Source: an uncultured bacterium (GTDB lineage: Bacteria > CSSED10-310 > CAZUFC01). Taken from it: 60,491 nt of DNA. The position numbers and the translations under genes were made by a program. Of this stretch, positions 48,601 to 56,753 are shown in pieces (the first letter of the stretch is position 1; each line of letters begins with the position of its first letter). The notes under the pieces were generated by a model. That model saw only the letters and a program-made list of their open reading frames with translations. It ran no database searches and had not been told where the DNA came from. Location: assembly GCA_964619725.1 (NCBI GenBank), contig CAZUFC010000043.1, positions 1 through 60,491 on the forward strand. The letters are read 5' to 3'.

Positions 48601-49098
48601 CATTTCGCCTGCCATGCTGAATTCAATCCGGATGAACCTTACAAATCCTATATCGCGCTCACCTACGACTCAATGCAGAAAGCTGCTGATACGCCGACTG
48701 AAAAGGTCGCCGGCGCCGTCAGATTCTATATGCCCCAAAAAAAATCTGTCCATCGCCTTTACCTTTCAGATATCTTCAGCAAAGTCAAATTTGACGCCAA
48801 CCGCCTGGTTACACTTTCCGCATGCGAATCAGGTATGGCGGCATCAGGTAACTTTGCCGACGAGTTTATCGGATTTCCCGCAGCCTTTCTTTACGCAGGC
48901 GCAGGCGCCGTCGCTTCAAGCCTCTGGGCTGTGGATGATGAAGCGGCATGCCTGCTCATGGAAAAATTCTACGAAAATATCATCGAAAAAAATATGTCCA
49001 TTCCCGCCGCTCTTCATCACGCACAAAATGATATTAGGAAAATGGAAGAATTCCAAAATCCCTTTTTCTGGGCTTCTTTCCAAATTACCGGTCGCTAG
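45697..49098 (+). CDS. TPR-CHAT (caspase-like cysteine protease) protein
   Basis: About nine ~46-aa TPR-like repeats (EN.EKAI....AL.......P..WA....NLG.AY..RI.G); CHAT motifs IIPH..LHLFP, catalytic HFACH and TLSACESG, SLWAVDD, PFFWASF. Confidence 0.92.
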   Translation: MKNELRNIRSVAEMRELIERRSGILELLEQELTDALMDNEDEETSGQFNRNESQEYAGSGFQYDDLHRSELSFLKRWEIFLQNGPICEGYGWNAAALGRMLPEMYNAGKLRRMIFERADEALPPEGNELLKAFILAEKGLSYASLYAENDLAYLKRAAECLEKALKVMKTKSYDLDWAEYRMKLGKIYYEFNTDIPENKERSIQCFLDAEKIFTREAQPANWAKNQLELGKCYINRIYGERSENLEKAIHSLKNAEKILNRKDFPHEWANIQNFLGNAYKYRIAGARGDNVEKAIGYFQRAMSLKSRQAAPKGWATININLAVAYLERIKGRYPENLEKSIECSLNAAVIYDRKTHPLRWAAIQNNLGTAYGRRIKGDCSENREKAVRYLENALSVYGPDRHPLNWARLRQNLALAYQQRLIGDPRENTLKAVKLLEDILEVIARESYPALWAHIMNNLGCFYSDDILADDSECIEKAIDYFQKALKIKSLQAAPMEWAQTMKNLAEAYVKRLEGDPGKNIDKAIEAYRAAVKIWNRKEFPLRWSMIQHEMGVAYYKRVTGKKSDNLGKAALCMKRALTVRTPEVLPEDCRLTSAFLAKTYILLGSFSKALEYFKLAANADAAAYRQHMLPESRMHEIEEGSALYFNAAWCLTNLGRLEEALEWLERGKTRILSETMTLDKARLTEIPEEDKNLYSQLTDQLFILNQEHQLERREFFDVARDIRKTWTKLNNLIHKIQSYQPHFVRQGLKFQKLTETLPECDTVILEFNITEYGASIFLIRNRQGQTEIKVINEENFKLSDLFRFAADWSERCRQLNRKINDRQGKIRLGEKVAETINDISRDLFQKAGAALELWRPKGLIIIPHMSLHLFPLQLLNFSRNGARVRLFDICEEISFAPSLTVLYQSALNRRPCPQKFAGIANPTLDLVWAEEELRRIKKQFRNNARIISGPEAQIDNVLEAVRESGYVHFACHAEFNPDEPYKSYIALTYDSMQKAADTPTEKVAGAVRFYMPQKKSVHRLYLSDIFSKVKFDANRLVTLSACESGMAASGNFADEFIGFPAAFLYAGAGAVASSLWAVDDEAACLLMEKFYENIIEKNMSIPAALHHAQNDIRKMEEFQNPFFWASFQITGR

Positions 49099-49441
49099 AA
49101 GAATACTCCTTTTATGGAATATTGATTTGTAAAGGGATTTTACTTGCGTTTAAAATATTTTTAATTTCTTTTCGTAATTCTCCGTTTTAAATCCATATTT
49201 CATTGTGAGGCGTTAATAGCGATCTTCACGTTATTAGCGATAAACTATAATAATGTTGTTTGGATTCGAATTGTGAATAGAACAGGAACGCAGGGTTTAA
49301 AAGGGGTTTTAAAGCGCCGGTTTCCGGTTCAATCAGTTCCAAACCCACAGACCTTGTATTATCGAAGGTCGTTTTTTCCCCAGTGACGTTATTCGGACCG
49401 CGTTGTCAGACGGAATTTTGACTGAAGGATCCAGGGGTTCT

Positions 49442-49663
49442 ATGAAAGCTTGGCTACACAACACAATGGAGAGAGTCAAATCGGGATATTCGTTGAAAAC
49501 GGAAAACTCCGGCAGCGATTTAACTGGTTTTCTTTCTCTTTTAAGGGATGACAGGCATGATCCGAAGGTGTTTCTCGTCGATAATGGTCAGAATACAAAG
49601 GTTCTACTGATATCGGAACCGGCGCCGGCGCGTATTTGTCCATTTCAGATTCAAAAATTTTGA
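49442..49663 (+). CDS. Small hypothetical protein, uncertain
   Basis: Open frame in an otherwise non-coding gap with a weak AGGGG RBS; 3' end overlaps the first enhancer-like dyad. Confidence 0.25.
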   Translation: MKAWLHNTMERVKSGYSLKTENSGSDLTGFLSLLRDDRHDPKVFLVDNGQNTKVLLISEPAPARICPFQIQKF

Positions 49664-49778
49664 ATTTCGCAAGAAAAGCTGGTTCAAAATTTTCGAAAAA
49701 AACAGCTAAATATATTTAAAATTAATAACATAAGCCAGGGTCAAAAAATTTGAATTTTTTTCAAATTTTTTGACCCTG
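49650..49778. promoter_or_regulatory. Putative enhancer/operator cluster: four TTCAAA-N3-TTTGAA-like dyads
   Basis: Dyads at 49650, 49683, 49740 and 49760; the last two form a perfect 19-bp inverted repeat; 37 bp identical to 25622-25658. Confidence 0.7.
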
Positions 49779-49936
49779 TATTTTATTAAGTGAGAAAAGA
49801 GAGAGAGTGAGCAATGAGTGCCCGACAGAGGAGCTATGTGCCAAAAAGTTATAAAAACAATAAGTTATATTACTTTAATGTTAGTTGCGTTAATTCCGTT
49901 GAATTTCACGCGGGGGAAAATTTTCGAGTAAAAAGC

Positions 49937-49952
49937 CGGCATCGAAATTGCT
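49937..49952 (+). promoter_or_regulatory. Sigma-54 (-24/-12) promoter of the EF-hand gene
   Basis: CGGCAT-CGAAA-TTGCT, GG-N10-GC; IHF-like AAACAATAAGTTA at 49855-49867. Confidence 0.7.
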
Positions 49953-50014
49953 TTCAAAAAGGACGTCTGGTTGGTTAAACGAGATAAACTAAAACTTTAA
50001 GGAAGGAGTTAATT

Positions 50015-50800
50015 ATGGACTCAAGGATAGACCAGTCTTCAGTGAACTGGAAGAAGACGCCGGATTTTTACGAACACAAGATCAATGATCCGATAAGGCA
50101 GAGGAATGTACGGGATGAGTTGCATTACGAAGGACTTCAGAATGTAGGGGATTCGTATGAAGCGGCCTCTGGAGCGGAGAAGGGCGCTGCGTCGTCGAGA
50201 GGATTTTTCGATCAGTTAAAAGAATTGCTGGATGTTAACGGGAATGGAGGATTCGACGGTCAGGATTTTGAGACCTTGGTGGATTGGGCGAGCAAAGCGA
50301 GGGAATTCATGAAAAAGGTATTCAATAAAGACGGGAAGAATTCTCAACCGAAACCGGTGGATTCTGATAAGGGGACTCGTGATGTTGAGAAGCAGAAGGG
50401 ATTTCAGGATAAAGAAGTGCAGAATGCAGATGGGAAGAACTGGTTTGAAAAGATGCTGCTGGATGCTGCTGACGGAAACGGCGACGGCAAGATGGGCGTG
50501 ATGGATGCATTCAGAATGTATGAACTTTTGAGTCACATGGATGCTAACAATGACGGGGCTTTAAACCAGGCGGATTTAAACGGGCTTTTAGGTGAGGGTA
50601 ATAAGGAGTTGAAGCAAGCGATTACGAATTTAATCGAGAAATTCGACAAGAACGGCGACGATCAGATTGACTGGCGCGATCCGGAAAGCATGATCAAAGA
50701 CGTAATTTATTACGACCAGATGGGCGGAGGTTCGACCGGATGGGATGATTATTACAAGATTTACCCCTGCTCTGTAGATGGAAGCCGGTCATACGCTTAA
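50015..50800 (+). CDS. EF-hand calcium-binding protein (four loops)
   Basis: DVNGNGGFDGQD, DGNGDGKMGVMD, DANNDGALNQAD, DKNGDDQIDWRD; AAGGAG RBS; own terminator. Confidence 0.82.
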   Translation: MDSRIDQSSVNWKKTPDFYEHKINDPIRQRNVRDELHYEGLQNVGDSYEAASGAEKGAASSRGFFDQLKELLDVNGNGGFDGQDFETLVDWASKAREFMKKVFNKDGKNSQPKPVDSDKGTRDVEKQKGFQDKEVQNADGKNWFEKMLLDAADGNGDGKMGVMDAFRMYELLSHMDANNDGALNQADLNGLLGEGNKELKQAITNLIEKFDKNGDDQIDWRDPESMIKDVIYYDQMGGGSTGWDDYYKIYPCSVDGSRSYA

Positions 50801-50848
50801 AAGGACCAGGAGAGGCGGGGAAAACAGAATCCCGCAGTGAAAAGAGCG

Positions 50849-50891
50849 ACCGGACCTGACGCGTTGACAATGCGGCAGGTCCGGTTTTTTT
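50849..50891 (+). terminator. Rho-independent terminator
   Basis: ACCGGACCTG.CGC.TT..AA.GCG.CAGGTCCGGT stem followed by T run. Confidence 0.85.
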
Positions 50892-51025
50892 GAAGTAAAA
50901 AAATAGGGCGAAGATAAAAATATCCCGCGTTTGTTCACGAAGATATTTTTACCTCGGCATACCGGTGCGAGCAGTCGCTGAACAGAAAATGCTGATTATG
51001 CCCCGTTGATTTTACCGGCGAGGAA

Positions 51026-51406
51026 TTACAGATTTCGTCTGATTAAAATTAGCAATTCATTGAATTGAAAAGGTTTCGTAATGTAATCGACAGCCCCCTC
51101 ATCCATCGCTGTTTCCACGTTTCTCATCATGCCTTTGGCCGTAAGCATAACGACGGGAATCTGTTTGGTTTTGGGATTCTTCTTGAGTTTTTTTAACACT
51201 TCAAGACCGTCCATTTCGGGCATCATCCAGTCAAGAAGCAGCAATGCGGGTTGATTTTTCCTGACACGTTTTATTCCTGATGGACCGTCGACGGCAAAAC
51301 AAACGTCATAACCGGCCAGGCTCAGCTTATGTTCGAGCAGCCTGCAGAGGTCTTCATCGTCGTCAATAATAAAGATCGATTCATTTTTATGGTTTTTAAA
51401 TTCCAT
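51026..51406 (-). CDS. Single-domain response regulator (receiver)
   Basis: IIDDD, LLDWMMPEMDG, IPVVMLTA, GAVDYITKPF. Confidence 0.93.
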   Translation of the reverse strand: MEFKNHKNESIFIIDDDEDLCRLLEHKLSLAGYDVCFAVDGPSGIKRVRKNQPALLLLDWMMPEMDGLEVLKKLKKNPKTKQIPVVMLTAKGMMRNVETAMDEGAVDYITKPFQFNELLILIRRNL

Positions 51407-51476
51407 TTTTAAGGGTGATCCTTAGAATCATTTTCAGCGTTTTCGGACGCCGGAAGGCATTATAGCAAAAATTCAA

Positions 51477-52139
51477 TCAATGTTCCTTAAGATGCAGTCG
51501 AATATCCATAAATATTTTTAAAAAGAGGAGGATGAACAGCAAGGGAAGCGGAGAGCCCAGGGCCATAATGGGAATACCTCCTGCCAGAATGGTGACGTGC
51601 ATCAGAACGATTCTTTTGTAGGGCAAACCCATCAGGGTTTTCATTGAAATTGTTCTGTATTCTCCCTTCATAATGTAATTTTGGAAAAAAGATATTCCGT
51701 GACTTATGAAAAGACCGGCCAGGAGCCAATCCATGCCTGGCGGCCGGGTTTGCCAGAACGCGCTTATAGTTGAAATAAGGAGTCCAATGAATATTAAGGG
51801 ACCAAAAGAGAAAAATGAGGTATCGAGCGGATCGGCGTCATTGCCTAATCCGAGAAATGTAAGCAGAAAGATACCATGCACGGCGCAGAAGCCTCCGAAA
51901 TGAATGCAGAAGAAGGGTATGACGAAAAGTTTACTGAGATGAGACGCTGCAGACTCCGCTTTAGCTGCGGCGATTTTGATTATATTGTAGAAACCTACAA
52001 CCAGGTTTTCCGCCCAATAAGCCAAAATGATCAGGGCGGCATCCCAGTCCAGCCAGATAACGCCGATCATGGGCACAAGATTGGCGCCGACAAGTGAAAT
52101 TAAGGGAACGCTCAGACCAGGCAGTTTGGATTTTTTCAT
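51477..52139 (-). CDS. Membrane protein (DUF6498-like)
   Basis: ANLVP..GV....WD.....YW.EN...G; FF..HFGGF..VHG; PYKRIVLMH..I..G. Confidence 0.75.
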   Translation of the reverse strand: MKKSKLPGLSVPLISLVGANLVPMIGVIWLDWDAALIILAYWAENLVVGFYNIIKIAAAKAESAASHLSKLFVIPFFCIHFGGFCAVHGIFLLTFLGLGNDADPLDTSFFSFGPLIFIGLLISTISAFWQTRPPGMDWLLAGLFISHGISFFQNYIMKGEYRTISMKTLMGLPYKRIVLMHVTILAGGIPIMALGSPLPLLFILLFLKIFMDIRLHLKEH

Positions 52140-52266
52140 TATTGCAAACCCGAAAGAGATTGATTCAGTTCGTTAAGGCGCGTTCGATTCAGTGACCGGC
52201 GCCGTCATTTAGATTCTAAAAGAAAGATTCTTAAGGAATCAAATAAAATTTAGTATTGAGCCTGAC

Positions 52267-52282
52267 TGGTATGAAATTTGCC
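52267..52282 (+). promoter_or_regulatory. Sigma-54 (-24/-12) promoter candidate upstream of the ERCC4 gene
   Basis: TGGTAT-GAAAT-TTGC, GG-N10-GC, about 47 bp before ATG. Confidence 0.6.
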
Positions 52283-52328
52283 CCGTTTGAGAAGGCAGAG
52301 TTTTTTTTAAACTGAGAAGGAGAGTAAG

Positions 52329-53018
52329 ATGGAAACGACGACGTACAGCGGTGCGCATTTAATTAAAACGCTTTTTTCAGAGGAGAAGCCGATAGAGGTC
52401 GTTATTGACGAACGTGAGAAGAGATCGGGTATTATAGAGATTTTATCATGTTCGGAAGATGTAGCTGTGGAAGTAAAAAGTCTGAAAACAGGAGATTACC
52501 TGGTCGACGGTCATTTGCTGATTGAAAGAAAAACAGTAAGGGACATGGCTATATCAATAATCGACGGGCGTTTGTTTAGACAGGCCGTACGCCTTTCGTC
52601 ATGTTCGGAATTCAGCGTTATAATAATCGAAGGCGACTGGGAGACTGACAGACCGGGCAATATGACTAGAGAATCTCTTTTGGGAGCCTTCGTGAGCATG
52701 ACGATTATCCTAGGAATTGCCGTCATATGGACCAGGGACGCCGAGGAGACTGCTAAAACGCTCCTATATGCGGCAAAGCAGATGCGGAGTTCGATAAATG
52801 ATGCTCTGCCCAGGCATGGAAGACGGCCGAAGGGCAAGGCGAAATTGCAGAATTTCATTCTCCAGGGGCTCCCCGGCATCGGACCGAAGAAGGCAAAGCA
52901 ATTGATAGAGAAATTTGGGAATGTTCAATCTGTGATAAATGCTGAAAAGGAGGAATTGATGAAAATTCCGGGTATCGGGGAAGAGACGGCGCGAATGATT
53001 CGCTGGGCAGTTCAATAA
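52329..53018 (+). CDS. ERCC4/XPF-family structure-specific nuclease with tandem HhH (short, helicase-less form)
   Basis: IDERE, L.TGDY, IERKT.RD, SIIDGRLFRQ, IIEG; HhH motifs LPGIGPKKA and IPGIGEETA; AAGGAG RBS. Confidence 0.92.
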   Translation: METTTYSGAHLIKTLFSEEKPIEVVIDEREKRSGIIEILSCSEDVAVEVKSLKTGDYLVDGHLLIERKTVRDMAISIIDGRLFRQAVRLSSCSEFSVIIIEGDWETDRPGNMTRESLLGAFVSMTIILGIAVIWTRDAEETAKTLLYAAKQMRSSINDALPRHGRRPKGKAKLQNFILQGLPGIGPKKAKQLIEKFGNVQSVINAEKEELMKIPGIGEETARMIRWAVQ

Positions 53019-53083
53019 TGTGGAGCGACAGGACAGCTTCCGTTGATTTCGCGACAAGAGAGGAGTATCGCAAAAAACTATCA

Positions 53084-53134
53084 GTGTCTGTACGCTCCGG
53101 CATGCCGGATGAAGATAAGTTTGTGGACAGGCGC
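53084..53134. mobile_element. Family B mini inverted-repeat element (third copy, opposite orientation)
   Basis: GTGTCTGTAC...GTGGACAGGCGC; the minus-strand start GCGCCTGTCC matches 24746. Confidence 0.5.
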
Positions 53135-53389
53135 TCACTTGTTCAATTAAAAGGTAATCATCTGAATTTCAGTTAAAAAAGGGCAGTCAGCGGACAGAAA
53201 ATGACTCGTTACCGGGAACATAGAATTTCGCGGTTGCATTCCTTTTTGATCAAGCCGTGAAATTCGTTATACTTGAGACTGTATTAATTTTGCGGAACTA
53301 AAAGGAGAGGCGCTGTTGAAACGGCTGCGATAAGAGTCGGAATTAAATTTTAATAAAAGAGGAACAAAACATTCAGGAGGGAATGAGAT

Positions 53390-54391
53390 ATGGAGAATAA
53401 AAAATTCAGGGCGCTGGTTGTAGAGGAGCTGGAAGACGGATCGATTATCCGTGGGATAAAGGCTCGAGAGGTCAGAGAATTGCCGGAGGGAGAGGTTATA
53501 ATAAGGGTGAAGTATTCGTCTTTGAATTATAAGGATGCTCTTTCTTCAACGGGTCATAAAGGTGTTACGAGGAAGTATCCTCACACGCCGGGAATAGATG
53601 CAGCCGGAGTTGTGGAGTGGAGCGCTGTGGAGCAATTTTCTCCGGGTGATGAAGCGCTGGTGACTGGTTACGATTTAGGTATGGATACGGACGGAGGATT
53701 CGGTCAGTATATTCGGGTACCGGCTTCGTGGGTTGTGCCGTTGCCTGAACCTTTGAAATTGCGGGAATCGATGATATACGGCACGGCGGGTTTCACGGCG
53801 GCGCTGTCGATTCATCGGCTTCTGGAGGGCGGCGTTCAACCGGAAGCGGGAGAAATTCTTGTTACGGGAGCGACGGGCGGCGTGGGCTGTATGAGCGTCG
53901 CTATGCTGCATAAGATTGGATTCAATGTAGCGGCGGTCAGCGGCAAGCCTGATGCCGCAGAATTCCTGAATTGCGGAGCATCATGCCGGATCATTTCCAG
54001 GGAAGATGCTGTCGATACGTCAGGAAGACCTTTGTTAAAAGGCCAATGGGCCGGTGTAGTCGATACGGTCGGGGGCGAAATACTGGAAACGGCTCTTAAG
54101 TCCACAAAACAGAAAGCCGTCGTAACGAATTGCGGACTGGTCTCTTCACCCAAATTTTCCAGCACAGTTTATCCTTTCATTCTGAGGGGAATAAGGCTTC
54201 AGGGGATTGATTCTGCTGAAACGCCCCGTGATCATCGCCTTTACATCTGGAAAAAAATTGCGCGGGAGTGGAGAATTCCCGATCCGGACCGTTTCGCCGG
54301 CGACATAGGATTGGACCAGCTTGAATCGTATATTCAAGCCATTCTAAAGGGAAAAATCAAGGGCCGGACCGTCGTAGACCTTGAAAAATGA
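53390..54391 (+). CDS. YhdH/AcuI-family NADPH quinone / acryloyl-CoA reductase
   Basis: YSSLNYKDAL, PGIDAAG, GTAGFTAAL, VTGATGGVG, PFILRG..L.GIDS, GRTVV. Confidence 0.93.
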   Translation: MENKKFRALVVEELEDGSIIRGIKAREVRELPEGEVIIRVKYSSLNYKDALSSTGHKGVTRKYPHTPGIDAAGVVEWSAVEQFSPGDEALVTGYDLGMDTDGGFGQYIRVPASWVVPLPEPLKLRESMIYGTAGFTAALSIHRLLEGGVQPEAGEILVTGATGGVGCMSVAMLHKIGFNVAAVSGKPDAAEFLNCGASCRIISREDAVDTSGRPLLKGQWAGVVDTVGGEILETALKSTKQKAVVTNCGLVSSPKFSSTVYPFILRGIRLQGIDSAETPRDHRLYIWKKIAREWRIPDPDRFAGDIGLDQLESYIQAILKGKIKGRTVVDLEK

Positions 54392-54421
54392 AACAATAGT
54401 TGCGGTTTAATTACGAATGAC

Positions 54422-55231
54422 ATGGAGAAAATAAATTACGACTATCGGTTGCATGGAAGGCCGGAATATAAAGTCGCCGTCGTTCACGGCGGTCCGGGCG
54501 CTGCAGGTGAAATGGCGCCGGTCGCCCGGAGACTCGCTGACCATTTCGGAGTTATCGAACCTTTTCAGACGGCAGGAACGCTCGAATCTCAAATCGAGGA
54601 ACTGGCATTCATCATTAAGGACTACTGCAGCATTCCCGTTATACTGATCGGTTTTTCCTGGGGCGCCTGGCTGGTTGCACTCACGGCGTCTCGATACCCT
54701 CATCTGACGAAAAAACTGGTTCTGATCGGGAGCGGACCCTTCGAAGAAAGGGATGCACACAAAGTAATGCAAAACAGACTGGAAAAACTGAACGAGTCAG
54801 AAAGAAAGGCGCTTAAAACCAATATTGAAAAACTCCAGTCTTCGGAAATAAAAGAAAAATCGATTTATTTGGAAAAAGTCGGGGCATTATGTGAAAAAAC
54901 AGACTCTTACGATCCTGTCGCCTCAACGGAAGCTTCACAGGATAATGGAATGCTCAGCGGCGACATCTTTCAAAACGTCTGGAAACAGGCCGCCGAATTA
55001 AGACGTTCCGGCGGATTGCTGCAAGTCGTCAGAAAAATAAAATGCCCAGTTACGGCTATTCACGGCGCTTACGACCCGCATCCTCCCGAAGGCGTTGAAA
55101 AACCTCTTTCAAGAGCGCTGAAACGCTTTCGGTTTATACTGTTGGACAGGTGCGGACATAAACCATGGATAGAGAAACATGCCAGGCAAGATTTTTACCG
55201 GGTACTGATCGACGAAACGCTGAGTTGCTGA
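54422..55231 (+). CDS. Alpha/beta hydrolase
   Basis: HGGPG, nucleophile GFSWG, IHGAYDPHP, CGHKPW. Confidence 0.92.
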   Translation: MEKINYDYRLHGRPEYKVAVVHGGPGAAGEMAPVARRLADHFGVIEPFQTAGTLESQIEELAFIIKDYCSIPVILIGFSWGAWLVALTASRYPHLTKKLVLIGSGPFEERDAHKVMQNRLEKLNESERKALKTNIEKLQSSEIKEKSIYLEKVGALCEKTDSYDPVASTEASQDNGMLSGDIFQNVWKQAAELRRSGGLLQVVRKIKCPVTAIHGAYDPHPPEGVEKPLSRALKRFRFILLDRCGHKPWIEKHARQDFYRVLIDETLSC

Positions 55232-55344
55232 TAATGGTTGATAAAAAATTGGGATAAGGAGACAATTCATTAGGTTCGAAGGAAAAAACATTAAAAATGT
55301 ATTCGTCGTCATGATCATGATCGTTTTTGCAGCAGGAAAGAAGG

Positions 55345-56358
55345 ATGGATCGGATGCATAGAGTATCGCAATGGATGAGGAAAAAACCGGCGTATGCTTT
55401 TTTCGCGTTGACTTATCTGATCAGTTGGCCATTACTGATCCCAGTCCTTTGGGTTTTTCGCGAGAGTATGGCGCTTCAGGGCACATTTGGTACATTGGCC
55501 GTCTTTGCTCCTGCATTCGCAGCCATGATCATTTCCCGCACAGAAGAATCTGAGCGGATCGAAAGGCGCCCCGTCAGCCTCGTCCTGACATTTTTATTAT
55601 CCTGGATAATAGCGTGGATGAGTTTGATTTTCTTCATTCTGAAAGTGCGAGGAGCGGCGTTTGAATTACCGTCGGTTATTTTCACGGGCATTCTGGCTTT
55701 CATGCCGGCATTTTTCTTTTCCAGAGCCTTTTCGACCGTTAAAGGCATTCGCAGACAATTCAGGTCACTGGTAGTCCCCAGGGGAAATATTATCTGGTAT
55801 TTCATCGCGCTTTTTACCTTCCCGGCCGTTCAGCTCGCGGGCCTGGTTCTTGCCGGGTTTCTCAACGGTCAAAACACAGTTCTGACTGAATGGAATATAC
55901 AAATCGATCCAGCGGTTGCGGTTTTGATGTTTCTTCAGGGATTCTTTTTCAGCGGAGGCATTAATGAGGAGGCAGGCTGGCGAGGTTTCGCACTGCCGAG
56001 ATTACAGAGAAAATTTTGTCCTCTGGCAGCCGCTTTGATCGTATGGTTCTTCTGAGCCCTATGGCATCTTCCTTATGATTTGAATTCCGGTGATCCGGCC
56101 GAATCCATTATGATAAATCGACTTTTTTTCAATGCAATGTGGTCTGTGCTTTTCATGTGGGTTTTCAATCGGACCAAAGGAAGCATATTGGCCCCGGCCC
56201 TGTTTCATCCGGCTATGAACACGTCCGGCGCGCTATTGCCCCGAACCGATGCCGCAACAGTCTTGTTCCTCATGCTCGTCGTATTTGCAATAGTGCATGA
56301 CAGGATGTGGAAACGATTGCCCGATGATCATCCGGCCCTCCTTATGACGCAGCATTAG
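55345..56358 (+). pseudogene. CPBP/Abi intramembrane glutamic endopeptidase interrupted by one in-frame TGA (56053-56055)
   Basis: EEAGWRGFALPRL motif; VWFF-TGA-ALWHLP continues in the same frame into N.TKGSIL...FH...N. Confidence 0.85.
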
Positions 56359-56753
56359 GGGAATTCGCCGTTTATTGACAAAAACTCGCTGCGCCCGTCA
56401 TGCACAATATTTTTGCCGTTAAACGTTTTTGAGGACAAGCGCCGGCCGGGAGGAACGACGAATTTCCAGAAACCGGCGGTAAGACAGAAAACAAGAGGGT
56501 CAAGAGCAGTTGAATACTTCTTTATGGCTACACTGAAGTTGAAAAAGGATAGATGATTATATCACAGGCGGACGCTGATGCTTTGTTCAACCCCATTCCA
56601 GTTTTAGACTTCAATCCGCTCTGCCGTACCTCCGTAAATTCCCTCCCAATGACCTCTCTTTCACCCTTCCAGGCGCTTACAAGCGCTATCTTCTTTCCAC
56701 TCATCCATTTTTCCATCCTTCCGCTCTTCAACTCAAGCCCCTTTCAGTAAAGT

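Noticed and set aside
49736-49778. Intrinsic terminator
   Set aside because: AT-rich stem with no U-tract after it; built from two dyads that recur upstream of another sigma-54 promoter, which fits an operator better
56053-56055. TGA reassignment (code 4/25) or selenocysteine
   Set aside because: TGA ends many intact genes here (e.g. 18900, 26705, 41113, 54391), Trp is encoded by TGG elsewhere, and the position is a Trp site rather than a Cys site
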